DNA from: a virus
Taxonomy: Duplodnaviria > Caudoviricetes
Direction: 5' to 3' (one strand)
Virus record (IMG/VR): IMGVR_UViG_3300043425_000063
Span: 1 to 54,662 of that record
DNA length: 54,662 nt
This document shows, one piece after another, positions 1 through 9,116 of this stretch (its first letter is position 1; the number at the start of each line of letters is the position of its first letter). The notes under the pieces are model-generated. The model ran no database searches. It had not been told where the DNA came from and saw nothing but the letters and a program-made list of their open reading frames with translations. The position numbers were made by a program, and so were the translations under genes.

Positions 1-192
1 AGCGTCATTGCACGGATACCAGCCTCAGGTGAGGAGAACTGAACAAAGCCAGCAGCCTCTTTTGGCCCTTTGTCGATACCCACTTGACCTTGCCATGTGT
101 ACTGATTGCTTGGGCGAATGTTGCCGGGGTTGTTGTTAGCAAGACCACGTACTGGTTTACCCTTAGCATCTAACTGCCAATCAGCATAACCT
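1..192. repeat. Terminal overlap, left copy (circular assembly)
   Basis: Identical to 54471-54662 except G65 vs A54535; lies inside a coding region. Confidence 0.95.
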
Positions 193-1040
193 TGTTGTGT
201 AGCAGTCTGCACGTTTTGTGTACGCTCAGCCGCAGCCGTTCTAGCACGGGTAGTTTCACCAGTCTTTAACCGCTCAAGCAGTTGCGCTTCGGTCAACGGG
301 CGATTGGCTTGCTCAGCCTGACGAACCATGTCGTAGTACGGCGTAGCCGAACCAGTGCCTACGGTGGGAATCTCCACGCGAGTGACATCAGCATCATAGA
401 TACCAAGAGCACGACCAATACGTGGAATACCAATTTGGTTGGCAAGCCAAGTACCACCTTGAGCAAGAGCGTTATAAGGGCCACCAGCAACAATATCAGC
501 CGCAGCCGCAGGTACTTTACCTAATTGTGCACGGTCAACTGCTGCTTGACGTTCTTGATTCAGTGTTTGTAAACGACGAAGCCGCTCAGCCTGAGGCAAA
601 GACTGAAACTCTGCAACTGACATTTCGTCAGTCTTAACCGTAGCCAGTTGTTGAGGCGTACGTAGTCCAGCCGTAGGAGCGGCAGCAGGTGCAGCCGCAG
701 GAGGACGAGGTGCATTAGCCGCAGGAGCGGCGGCAGGAGCCGCAGCAGGTGCAGCCGCAGGTGCATTAGCAGCAGGAGCCGGAGCAGGAGCAGCCGCAGG
801 TGCAGGAACGGTAGTTTGAGTACCAAACGCTGTACCGGGTTGCGTCATAAATTCAGGGACAGGCGCATTGGCAATAGCGTTTGCATCCTCTCCCATCCGA
901 GCACGAATCTCATTGAGCCTGTTTAACTCTTGAGTTCGTAGTTGGAGGTCACGCTGTTGCATGATGTCGTTCTCAGTCGCACGCATGCGATTGGCGACAA
1001 TGCCAGCACCTCCTAGAAGTTGCGACAGATTGAGAGACAT
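1..1040 (-). CDS. 5' part of a ~743-aa internal virion/ejection protein with a lysozyme-like NNPGNIR domain; continues across the junction to 53279
   Basis: ATG at 1040, open to base 1 (MSLNLSQLLGGAG...Pro/Ala linker...RGLANNNPGNIRPS); in frame with ORF 53279..54553; 1040+1192=2232 nt; absent from the ORF track. Confidence 0.85.
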   Translation of the reverse strand, partial: MSLNLSQLLGGAGIVANRMRATENDIMQQRDLQLRTQELNRLNEIRARMGEDANAIANAPVPEFMTQPGTAFGTQTTVPAPAAAPAPAPAANAPAAAPAAAPAAAPAANAPRPPAAAPAAAPTAGLRTPQQLATVKTDEMSVAEFQSLPQAERLRRLQTLNQERQAAVDRAQLGKVPAAAADIVAGGPYNALAQGGTWLANQIGIPRIGRALGIYDADVTRVEIPTVGTGSATPYYDMVRQAEQANRPLTEAQLLERLKTGETTRARTAAAERTQNVQTATQQGYADWQLDAKGKPVRGLANNNPGNIRPSNQYTWQGQVGIDKGPKEAAGFVQFSSPEAGIRAMT

Positions 1041-1052
1041 GGTGAACCCCCC

Positions 1053-2708
1053 TTAAGCCTTGTTAGCCATCGGTGTGCCAGTGAACGTTCCGAACAAATC
1101 TCCAATGTCACCCGCAGCCTGACGACGACGGCGTTCCGCAGCATCATAAATCTGACCGATGTAGTTACCATAAGACAGAGCAGCAGTTGGGCCACCCGAT
1201 GGGAACGCACCTAGACCAGCCTGAGTCGTACGAATACGATTCTGTTGAGCCACATCAGCACCTTGGAGGTAAGCCGTTTGACCACCAGCCGAGCGTTGTA
1301 GGGCAAAGCGACGTTCTTCACCTGTGCGCAGGGCACTACGGTTCGGGCTAATACCACGAAGAACATCACGTTCTGCACGACCAGCCGCAGTCTGATAAGC
1401 CTTGAGAGACTGACCACCGAAATACTCAGGGTCAAAGTAGCGAGACTCACCCAACAAGTTCTGAGCAGCAGCCAGTTTTTGTTGGAACAACTCTTGGTTA
1501 GTCGTACGCAACTGCTCCAACTCTTGCTTCTGTTGAGCCAGCAACTGTTGTTCTTCATCCGACAAACCTTGACCAGCAATCGCAGAACCAGCCAATTGAC
1601 CAGCAGCACGTAGAATCATATCGGCCTGTGCTTTCGGGTCAGTAAACTTATCTTTGAGTGCGCCAGTAAGTTTTTCAAATGCGCCAGCACCAGTAGCGGT
1701 ACTAGCAGCAGTCTGAGTAGCCCCACCACCAAGTACGTTTGCTCCTGTTGGAGCACGTAGTCCGACACTAGTCACGCCATCGGTAGGATAGCGAAGTCCA
1801 ACACCAGCATTACCAGTTGAAGCAGCAGTTTGCGTTCCTGCAAGACTGTAATCAACAGGTTGCATTGCGGTAGATGGGTAGGTAGAGGCAATGTTTGTGC
1901 CGCCAAAATTACCAGCAGTGGTAGTACCAACATCACCGGGCATACGCAACCCAACTCCACCAGCAGTATTAGCATTTAGACCAACACCACCAGTAGCATT
2001 AGGATTCAGACCTACGCCACTATAAGAAGTACCAGCATTAGCCAAATCAATTCCAGTACCAACACTGGAAGTACCGCTAAGTGTCGTCCCAAGGTCAGCA
2101 CCAGCACCCGGTATACGGATACCAGCACCACCAAACGACTGTCCACCAGTCAGGCTGTAATCAACAGGTTGTAGCGTAGTAGATGGATAAGCGGTTGAAG
2201 TAAGGAGAGAGCCTTCTGTACCAGTCACAGGAGGGGGAGCCGTAGTAGTCGGAACTTTCAGGCCAGTGCCGCTGGCTTGCGCCGCAGCAGAAGTTGCATC
2301 CATGTAGCCACCGATACCACCACCGATACCACCAAACAGTGCACCACGACCGACGTTACCACCAGTGACCGCCGCAGTTACCGCACCTAGACCAGCACCG
2401 ACAATCGCAGAACCGAGCGTGGCTCCAACCGTGGCAGACAAGCCAAAGGTCGCGGCAGAAATACCAGCCGAGGTTGCAATCGCACCAGCAATAGCAGGGG
2501 CAGCAAAAGGAATCGCAATGGCAGCAACAACGCCGACAACAGCCATCAGGCCACCGCCACCGCCACCTTTATGTAGAGTCATTCCTGCCTGCCCCATAGC
2601 ACGAGGAATCGGTTTAAGACCACCAAACGCTTCAATTGGTAGGTCAGGTTCACCCATCAGAAGCATTGCTCTGGTGGATGGCATACGAACAAAAGTTGTT
2701 GCGCTCAT
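1053..2708 (-). CDS. Ejection (DNA pilot) protein, P22 gp7-like position
   Basis: Leader, then LHKGGGGGG, long Gly/Ala hydrophobic segment and C-terminal Q-rich coiled coil; follows the GNAT-like gene. Confidence 0.65.
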   Translation of the reverse strand: MSATTFVRMPSTRAMLLMGEPDLPIEAFGGLKPIPRAMGQAGMTLHKGGGGGGLMAVVGVVAAIAIPFAAPAIAGAIATSAGISAATFGLSATVGATLGSAIVGAGLGAVTAAVTGGNVGRGALFGGIGGGIGGYMDATSAAAQASGTGLKVPTTTAPPPVTGTEGSLLTSTAYPSTTLQPVDYSLTGGQSFGGAGIRIPGAGADLGTTLSGTSSVGTGIDLANAGTSYSGVGLNPNATGGVGLNANTAGGVGLRMPGDVGTTTAGNFGGTNIASTYPSTAMQPVDYSLAGTQTAASTGNAGVGLRYPTDGVTSVGLRAPTGANVLGGGATQTAASTATGAGAFEKLTGALKDKFTDPKAQADMILRAAGQLAGSAIAGQGLSDEEQQLLAQQKQELEQLRTTNQELFQQKLAAAQNLLGESRYFDPEYFGGQSLKAYQTAAGRAERDVLRGISPNRSALRTGEERRFALQRSAGGQTAYLQGADVAQQNRIRTTQAGLGAFPSGGPTAALSYGNYIGQIYDAAERRRRQAAGDIGDLFGTFTGTPMANKA

Positions 2709-3196
2709 TTCATAGCCTCCGTCAATTCGAGTCGCATGTGTGTATACACAGGCTTAAAACCATAACGAGAAATCACCCGCTCCATTGCTGGGGACACCCA
2801 TCCCTCAATGACTCGGACACTATTCATATACGCCCACCCACAAAGCATTTTCCAATACTTCTCGTGCAGCGCATCTAAGTCATTACCACCAAGGGCGACA
2901 ATGTTCATCGCAGGCAACTTAGGGTAATGAATTATTTCTAATACGAGTGCCAACTTCACACTCTTAGTAATTGTTTTATCACATTTGACAACAAATATAT
3001 ACATCTTGCCCTGTAAAGCAGCGTTGTAAATATCGTCGATTGTCATTTCACCGTGCATCGCACGTTTAACGCAACGCTCCAGCAGTGGCTTAGTAGCCCC
3101 CCAATACATATCGAAGTGCTCTTTTGTAGAGAGCAGCAACGGCTCGAAATCTTCGAGCGGTAATGGGTCAAATCCTGCGGGAAGGTTAGTCGTCAT
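2705..3196 (-). CDS. GNAT-like virion assembly protein (P22 gp14/T7 gp13-like position)
   Basis: 163 aa; IVALGG...CGWA...IEGW...RYGF pattern; sits upstream of the ejection genes. Confidence 0.55.
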   Translation of the reverse strand: MTTNLPAGFDPLPLEDFEPLLLSTKEHFDMYWGATKPLLERCVKRAMHGEMTIDDIYNAALQGKMYIFVVKCDKTITKSVKLALVLEIIHYPKLPAMNIVALGGNDLDALHEKYWKMLCGWAYMNSVRVIEGWVSPAMERVISRYGFKPVYTHMRLELTEAMK

Positions 3197-4173
3197 TATT
3201 GGTACTTCTTCAAAAGGTTATCGAAGAACTCCTTACCCTTGGCTTTCACCACTTTGGCAGGAATCACATACTCACCAGTTGATACACGAATGGGAACACT
3301 ATCGCTAGTGCCTGTGCCGGGGCCACGTACTGGGCCACCTTTAGCAGCATGGTCACCCATCTCGACATAACCACCGTCAGCCATACTCATCATGGGCTGT
3401 GGAGGCGTACCTGTCTGCGTACCCATACCACCAACTGCACCCATACCACCTGTCATTTGCTGAACAGAACGGATAGCGAGTAGCAGTACAAAAATCAAAC
3501 CTTGGTCATATTCAGGAGACAGACTTTGCTCGTCTGCCAACCCCTGCTGGATAGCGTACTTACGAACATACGGGTACATCTCAGGGTTCTGAAGTGCAGT
3601 CATAGCCAGTTGCCCAGCCGTATTTAGTTCATCAGGAGTAAGTTCACCAGACTGAAAACCAGCCATGATGGCGTTAGCAATCTGCTGTACTTGTTGTGGG
3701 TTCTTGCGCATGAACTCTTGGAGTTGCATCTCAATCATCTGAGGCGACATGCGCTGCTGGGAACTAGCCACACCAGCAGGGCGAACAGGCATACCGTTTT
3801 CACCAACCATACCGCCCTCGGCATATGTAGGTTGGAGACGGAAGTCGAGCGCAGGAACGCCGGGATTAGCAGCGACCGTACCAACTTGTGCCAACGAGTT
3901 TGTCTGTGGTTGTGTAAGTGCTTGCTCGTTGATAGTAACCTGAGGAGATGTATCACCCAATAGACCCTGCAACGAAGCAGGGAGGTCAAGTGAAGTAGTA
4001 GGTGTAGGCAGGTCAGCAGAAATACTAGGAGCCTGCGGGGTCATCTGCGGAGCAGGAGTAGCAGTCAAGTTGACGGCAGCAGGGCCAGCAACAGTAGGCA
4101 GACCCACTTGGGGGACAGAAGTCGGAGCCTTAGACTGTGGGTTCAAAATTGACAGCACTGGATTGTTTGCCAT
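3196..4173 (-). CDS. Virion protein with AxGG motifs and a C-terminal GPGTGTSDS..GEYV domain
   Basis: YAEGG, MADGG, AAKGGPVRGPGTGTSDSVPIRVSTGEYVIPA; P/Q/M-rich. Confidence 0.6.
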   Translation of the reverse strand: MANNPVLSILNPQSKAPTSVPQVGLPTVAGPAAVNLTATPAPQMTPQAPSISADLPTPTTSLDLPASLQGLLGDTSPQVTINEQALTQPQTNSLAQVGTVAANPGVPALDFRLQPTYAEGGMVGENGMPVRPAGVASSQQRMSPQMIEMQLQEFMRKNPQQVQQIANAIMAGFQSGELTPDELNTAGQLAMTALQNPEMYPYVRKYAIQQGLADEQSLSPEYDQGLIFVLLLAIRSVQQMTGGMGAVGGMGTQTGTPPQPMMSMADGGYVEMGDHAAKGGPVRGPGTGTSDSVPIRVSTGEYVIPAKVVKAKGKEFFDNLLKKYQ

Positions 4174-4176
4174 GAT

Positions 4177-4524
4177 TTATCCTTTCAATTGGGCAATGAG
4201 CGCATTGACGGTATTCCGCAACGCAGCCACATCATTTGCGAGAAGTTGAACATCGTTAATTAACTTTGCGTAATCGTCCAAACCAGCCACATTTTGCCCA
4301 CTAATAGTATACCCCTGTCCTGTCGCAGATACACGAGAAAATGTGGGGGCAGATGTCTGGTTGACGGTAAGTTGACCTTTGGTTACAGCCTTACTTTGTA
4401 GGTCAGCCTCACCACGAATACCTGCTAGAAGTTCGACGTTCTCCTTCAATGCCCGAAGAATCTGACCTTGCCACTCGGTCATGTTTCCTGTTGGTACAGA
4501 AGGTACGGCAGTAAATCTAGACAT
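4177..4524 (-). CDS. Putative tail needle/plug protein
   Basis: 115 aa with C-terminal coiled coil, directly after the nozzle gene. Confidence 0.45.
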   Translation of the reverse strand: MSRFTAVPSVPTGNMTEWQGQILRALKENVELLAGIRGEADLQSKAVTKGQLTVNQTSAPTFSRVSATGQGYTISGQNVAGLDDYAKLINDVQLLANDVAALRNTVNALIAQLKG

Positions 4525-7142
4525 TACGCAGTCCTTAATCCAAAGGGGGTCTCACCAATATGGATGGCTCGTACCCGAGCAGACCCCGATACGCCGACCT
4601 CGAACGTATCTGAACGATACCCAGTGGGGAGGCGGAATACATCACTGGACGACACCGTGGCTTGGAACGCAAGTTGTTTGTCCACCCAAAGGCGGAACGT
4701 GACAGGCAGCAAGCCGGGTACGGTTTTTAACGAACGTGTAAAGTTATCTCCATTGACAACTGTGGAATTCAACGTACCTAAGTTGACGATACGATTTCCA
4801 AGGGAATCAGTCCGGTCGTATGGGCCATTCAAGTCCCCTAGACCTTTGAGGCAAACCACCGTACCTGAGGTATCAGCAGTTGTACCGACGTTTGTACCCA
4901 CACTGGCATATGTAAATGTCGTCGAGTTCACAACGGTAATCACAACTTGTTGTGCATTGAATGTCAGTCCCGTACCACCTGTGAAACCAGAGATATCAAC
5001 CTTACTACCCGTTGCTAACAAATGCGGCGTTGCAGTAACAATCGTTGCTACGTTGGATGTACGAGCGTAAGACGCAGTTTGTGTTGGCGTAGAATAATCC
5101 AGCCATACCTGTGCGTTAAATGCAGGTACTCCAGCGTTATAGGCGGCAATAGCCGCAGCCTCTGCATCCGGTGTTTCGTAATCAGCCACTACGCGAGCCG
5201 CACCAAGATTCAAAAAGTCTTTGGTCACAATGGTTTTAGATTTCCACTCCATTGCGGAAAGCGGTTGTGTATCTAAGTCCCACTGGTATAGGTTTCCTAA
5301 ATTGTCAGCGATATAGTAAAACGCATTGGACTGAGCGTCATACCATGCCGCAGAAAACTTATAGTTAATCTGAACAAAGAAGCCGCCAATACGGTCATCG
5401 CGCTCAAAAATAAATGACTGATTGGGGTCAGACCCAAAGTACTTACCGTTGTAGAACTTACCGACCACGTTATCAAGGTCAACGGCTTCAGGCCATGTAT
5501 CCCAGTCGTGAACATACTTGGTAATCAAGTCCATACCAGCCGATGGGTTGTAAACCGCTAAGCCACCGTAAGTGACATAGGCAACACCAAAGCCCATATT
5601 AACCACAGACCGCTTGGACAAGCAGGGATACAGAGTATCAATACGAGCGTACGCCATCGTGGCGGGGTTGTTACCCGATACCTGATATGGGTACTCCTCA
5701 GTTAGAACAAGAATATAACCAGCCACCGAAGCAATGGCTACGATGTTTGATTCAAATGTCAGAGCATATTTTGCAGGCCAAGCATGTGGGATGTTCGGCT
5801 CAGAGAAAAATAACTGGTTGCCATCAAAGCCGCAGAGAATGTTATTCTGTGCAGCAATCAGTCCTTTGAGGTTTTCCGGCGGAGGGTCATACTCATCCGT
5901 ACCCAGAATGTCAAACAAACCTCGATAGTCAAAATCATCAGTAAACGAATATGACCCATCACCCCAGTAACGTGCTGTTTTATCTGGTGACTCAGCCACA
6001 TCGTGATAAAGAGTCCCTGCGGTTTCAGCCTTGTCAGCGACGTTTGAAGCCGTCTGCGCATATTCAAAAGTGTAGTCATCAATAACATCAGTAACAATCC
6101 CATCAGTAATGTTAAACGACGAGTCAGTACAGCCGCTAATCTTAAAGCGGTCATCAAGTGTTAAATTGTGATGATTAGACAACGTAACTCTGGATACGTT
6201 ACTAGCACGGCTCACACGAGCCAATGTCGTTGGAAACCACAGTGTGCCAAGGCGGAAGTATTCCGTACCAGAAGATGTTGCTAGTGTGCGGTACAGCCGA
6301 ACTCCACGCACAAAGTTACTACCAGTAGGTTTAGCCGTAGGTAGATTAGTAACCGTTACAGTTTGACCTTCTTTAATATACAGATTGTCAGATGGGTCAG
6401 ACGCAATAGATTCTTCTTCCCACGGTGTAAACCATGTGTATACATAGGAGCGTGGGACTGTATTACCCGCCAAAGATACACGCCCAGAGGAGTCAGAAGT
6501 TGTGCTGACTTGTTCGCCGGGAGAGAAGTACGTAAATGTCGTCGAGTCAATGACAGTTACTTCTGCGTTGGTCGCATTGAACGTAGCCACCGAGGTAGTT
6601 GCCGCAGGAAATCCTGTCACAGACACAATGTTACCCGTGCGAAGTCCGTGTGCACCGGATGTAATAACCGTTGCAATATTCCCTGTATCGCGTGCACGAC
6701 TCGCAGTTGTTTTCTGCGTAAACGTCGTCGCAGTTGTCGTTAACTTTGTGGTTGGTAGTGGCAACCCAAGGTCATAGTAATTGTTGGGATACGGCTCACC
6801 CGTAGCAGTCGCCAACTCGTAGTTGGAAACCTTGGGCACACCATCACCAGAATAGTAAAACCGCTGCTCTTGGTCTTCCGAAGCAGAAGCCGTAACAATG
6901 TCAACGTCAGTAGTCCAAGTCAACCACTTAAGTGCGTTAGTGTTCGGCTCACGTAGGGCATATAGCGTTTTAATATCGCCAGTGCGGCTGACGTTACCAG
7001 ACAGATAGGGTAAACGATAGGGAATCAAATCCCCAGAGTACAACTTGACGTTAAACGCCAGTTGCGCCGCAGCATCAGGCAACAACTCCGAAGAAATCTT
7101 CGGGGCTTCACCTAGAAATTTAACAATCTTAACTGCTGCCAT
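4524..7142 (-). CDS. Tail tubular/nozzle (stabilization) protein with three inserted beta domains
   Basis: 872 aa, beta-propeller-like (FSEPNIPHAWP, CLSKRSVV); three internal xHxLxxG..V.ISG..FN..TF[T/E]Y repeats. Confidence 0.7.
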   Translation of the reverse strand: MAAVKIVKFLGEAPKISSELLPDAAAQLAFNVKLYSGDLIPYRLPYLSGNVSRTGDIKTLYALREPNTNALKWLTWTTDVDIVTASASEDQEQRFYYSGDGVPKVSNYELATATGEPYPNNYYDLGLPLPTTKLTTTATTFTQKTTASRARDTGNIATVITSGAHGLRTGNIVSVTGFPAATTSVATFNATNAEVTVIDSTTFTYFSPGEQVSTTSDSSGRVSLAGNTVPRSYVYTWFTPWEEESIASDPSDNLYIKEGQTVTVTNLPTAKPTGSNFVRGVRLYRTLATSSGTEYFRLGTLWFPTTLARVSRASNVSRVTLSNHHNLTLDDRFKISGCTDSSFNITDGIVTDVIDDYTFEYAQTASNVADKAETAGTLYHDVAESPDKTARYWGDGSYSFTDDFDYRGLFDILGTDEYDPPPENLKGLIAAQNNILCGFDGNQLFFSEPNIPHAWPAKYALTFESNIVAIASVAGYILVLTEEYPYQVSGNNPATMAYARIDTLYPCLSKRSVVNMGFGVAYVTYGGLAVYNPSAGMDLITKYVHDWDTWPEAVDLDNVVGKFYNGKYFGSDPNQSFIFERDDRIGGFFVQINYKFSAAWYDAQSNAFYYIADNLGNLYQWDLDTQPLSAMEWKSKTIVTKDFLNLGAARVVADYETPDAEAAAIAAYNAGVPAFNAQVWLDYSTPTQTASYARTSNVATIVTATPHLLATGSKVDISGFTGGTGLTFNAQQVVITVVNSTTFTYASVGTNVGTTADTSGTVVCLKGLGDLNGPYDRTDSLGNRIVNLGTLNSTVVNGDNFTRSLKTVPGLLPVTFRLWVDKQLAFQATVSSSDVFRLPTGYRSDTFEVGVSGSARVRAIHIGETPFGLRTA

Positions 7143-7144
7143 GT

Positions 7145-7600
7145 CTATACCAGTTCAAAGTGTGGCCCGTCAATAAACGGACGCTTGTTTTGTTTGCGAC
7201 GCTCATCAATGTAGTAGTTCATGGCTTCTTCCATCGTGCCACGCCAGAGACGAATGTCGGGCACATTCCATGCAGCACCCCATCGAACAGCAACATTATT
7301 CTCAATCGCGGCTTGCTTCATTGCATCCGCAATATCATCGTACAAGTTAAGTTCCCAAGAAGCACGATTACCAAGAAACGCCATGAGGTCAACTGCACGC
7401 CCTTGAACATGCGTACCACCTTCCTCAATCTGACTGGCTCCCTGTGCAAACAACTCGCGTTGACGCGCAGCAGTACGTAGACCTTCTGTCACAGCAAAGT
7501 CCACCTTGGTGTACTTGATAGCCAGTAGAACGCACGCAACAAGGCGGTCATCAACCCCCTTGAGTTTGCTTAGGCTACGCTGTGATAGTTGAAAACTCAT
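7145..7600 (-). CDS. Endolysin, M15 family L-Ala-D-Glu peptidase-like
   Basis: EGLRT..RQ, HVQGRAVD, WGAAW, DGPHFEL zinc-peptidase motifs. Confidence 0.9.
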   Translation of the reverse strand: MSFQLSQRSLSKLKGVDDRLVACVLLAIKYTKVDFAVTEGLRTAARQRELFAQGASQIEEGGTHVQGRAVDLMAFLGNRASWELNLYDDIADAMKQAAIENNVAVRWGAAWNVPDIRLWRGTMEEAMNYYIDERRKQNKRPFIDGPHFELV

Positions 7601-7986
7601 TTCTTCAATACCTGTGCAATACCGGGCAGAACCTTCTCAGCACTACGACCAATGACGTAGCCACCGATACCTAGTTCAACAATGTCCCAAAGTTTGATGT
7701 ACTCGGCTTCAGATAAGTTAGGTGCGGCCCATCCAAACCAACGAGCAACAATCAATGCCCCGAAGGTCAACATTAAAATCGGACGCCAGTTCGCAGCCAA
7801 CCAGTGCTCACTTGCAGCCTCGGCTTTCACAATATCACCACGCACAGTCAACTCAGTAAGTTGCCCTTTCTGCGCCATTTCCATCAGCGCAAGTTTTGCT
7901 TGGTCTTTCTTTTCTTGGTCAGGCCACAGGCGGTCAATCAACTGACTGCCTATGTTGAGTACTGCGGTTAGCGGTTCTGCTGCCAT
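7597..7986 (-). CDS. Holin (GTA 3TM holin-like)
   Basis: LIDRLWPD..., WRP, two TM segments, GYVIGRSAEK; overlaps the endolysin start. Confidence 0.8.
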   Translation of the reverse strand: MAAEPLTAVLNIGSQLIDRLWPDQEKKDQAKLALMEMAQKGQLTELTVRGDIVKAEAASEHWLAANWRPILMLTFGALIVARWFGWAAPNLSEAEYIKLWDIVELGIGGYVIGRSAEKVLPGIAQVLKK

Positions 7987-7994
7987 ACAACCCC

Positions 7995-8279
7995 CTATTT
8001 ATCAGCCTTATGGTCAATCTTCTTGAACAGGAGACCCACCATATCCTCCAGTTTTGAGAAGCCATCCTTCATGTCTTGCTTCAACTCAGTCATGTCGTCC
8101 TTGACTCCCTTGATGGCTTCTTTGAAATCGTCTCGGCGTACAAAATCTTCGTGCATCTTGGAGTCAATCATTCGCAAGTCCTTTTTCAGTTCTTGGATAG
8201 CGTCCCAGATGATTTTTAGAATCCATCCGCCGCAAAAGCCAGCAATGGCAACCGCCCAGTTAAAAACCACCTGTTCCAT
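7995..8279 (-). CDS. Membrane-anchored coiled-coil protein (lysis cassette)
   Basis: N-terminal TM segment, then heptad coiled coil with FVRRDDF. Confidence 0.6.
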   Translation of the reverse strand: MEQVVFNWAVAIAGFCGGWILKIIWDAIQELKKDLRMIDSKMHEDFVRRDDFKEAIKGVKDDMTELKQDMKDGFSKLEDMVGLLFKKIDHKADK

Positions 8280-8300
8280 GATGCCCCTTTCATTACACTC

Positions 8301-8450
8301 TTATTTGGCTTTTTTCATGCACTTACCCATTGCCTTACACTTTGCAGCGTTCGGGCAACCAGCGCATGGTTTGAATGTCATACCGCCTTTGGCGTAACCC
8401 ATCATCTTCTTGGCGGGGGCTTTTTTAACACCGGGTTTCTTGTTCATCAT
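8301..8450 (-). CDS. 49-aa Lys-rich, 4-Cys peptide (below ORF-track cutoff)
   Basis: GGAG RBS; MMNKKPGVKKAPAKKMMGYAKGGMTFKPCAGCPNAAKCKAMGKCMKKAK; fills the gap between neighbours. Confidence 0.75.
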   Translation of the reverse strand: MMNKKPGVKKAPAKKMMGYAKGGMTFKPCAGCPNAAKCKAMGKCMKKAK

Positions 8451-8451
8451 G

Positions 8452-8631
8452 TCAAACTCCTTTGAGGATGATAGTTACAATGATGCCTGCCATACCAACT
8501 ATCAAAGTACCAGCAGACCCTACTAAAATCATTTCCATACGGTCAAGCCGCTTAACCAGCGTACCGTACCGCTCTGCGCTAATCACCTCATGGGTGATTA
8601 ACTTGGCTTCAAGTTCTTTGACCGTTGGCAT
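8452..8631 (-). CDS. Small coiled-coil/C-terminal TM protein (XhlA-like)
   Basis: AAGGAGG RBS before ATG 8631; HEVISAERY..RLDRME plus hydrophobic tail. Confidence 0.65.
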   Translation of the reverse strand: MPTVKELEAKLITHEVISAERYGTLVKRLDRMEMILVGSAGTLIVGMAGIIVTIILKGV

Positions 8632-8791
8632 TTTCAGCCTCCTTGACGGCTTGCGTCTGGTCGATAACAGGGGGTAATTCAGCCTCAACTAACTCAGGTT
8701 CAATAACCAACACGCACCCCTCAGGCACAGTTTCACAGCGCATTAACGAGCCGTTCGGAAACATAACGAGGGGCTGACGTTTATCAGACAT
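8609..8791 (-). CDS. Hypothetical protein
   Basis: 60 aa, overlaps both neighbours in operon fashion. Confidence 0.5.
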   Translation of the reverse strand: MSDKRQPLVMFPNGSLMRCETVPEGCVLVIEPELVEAELPPVIDQTQAVKEAENANGQRT

Positions 8792-9101
8792 TTGTGTTGG
8801 TCTCGTTTTGCATTGCTTGTGCTGTATCTAATGCCGCAGCAGCCGCAACAACTTCAGCATGGCGTTCGGCAGCAGTCTTTACCCAACCGCGTTGAAAGGC
8901 TAGTTCGACCATTGCATCTTTACTACTAGGAATTGCGGTGTTGGTTTCAAGGCATTTTTGTACAGTAACTGCAACAATTTCATCAATAGCAGCCGCACAA
9001 CGATGATGAACTGCGTGTTGAATCCAATCGTTCTGGCTAACCGCAGCAAACGACAACGCCATATCTTCAGCCGAAGAAAGCGTAATTTGATAATTAGACA
9101 T
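8784..9101 (-). CDS. Tail-fibre-associated protein (putative chaperone of fibre 2)
   Basis: AAGGA RBS; YQITLS.AED.AL...DWI..A..R...AIDEIV pattern seen next to aquatic phage fibres. Confidence 0.55.
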   Translation of the reverse strand: MSNYQITLSSAEDMALSFAAVSQNDWIQHAVHHRCAAAIDEIVAVTVQKCLETNTAIPSSKDAMVELAFQRGWVKTAAERHAEVVAAAAALDTAQAMQNETNTNV

Positions 9102-9116
9102 TTATGTTCCTTTCTT

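Noticed and set aside
1-192. Biological direct terminal repeat
   Set aside because: Falls mid-gene and far from the terminase/control region; best explained as assembly overlap
560-826. Leu/Arg/His-rich 88-aa ORF that looks like a membrane peptide
   Set aside because: Alternative-frame reading of the Pro/Ala linker of the junction-spanning gene; no RBS
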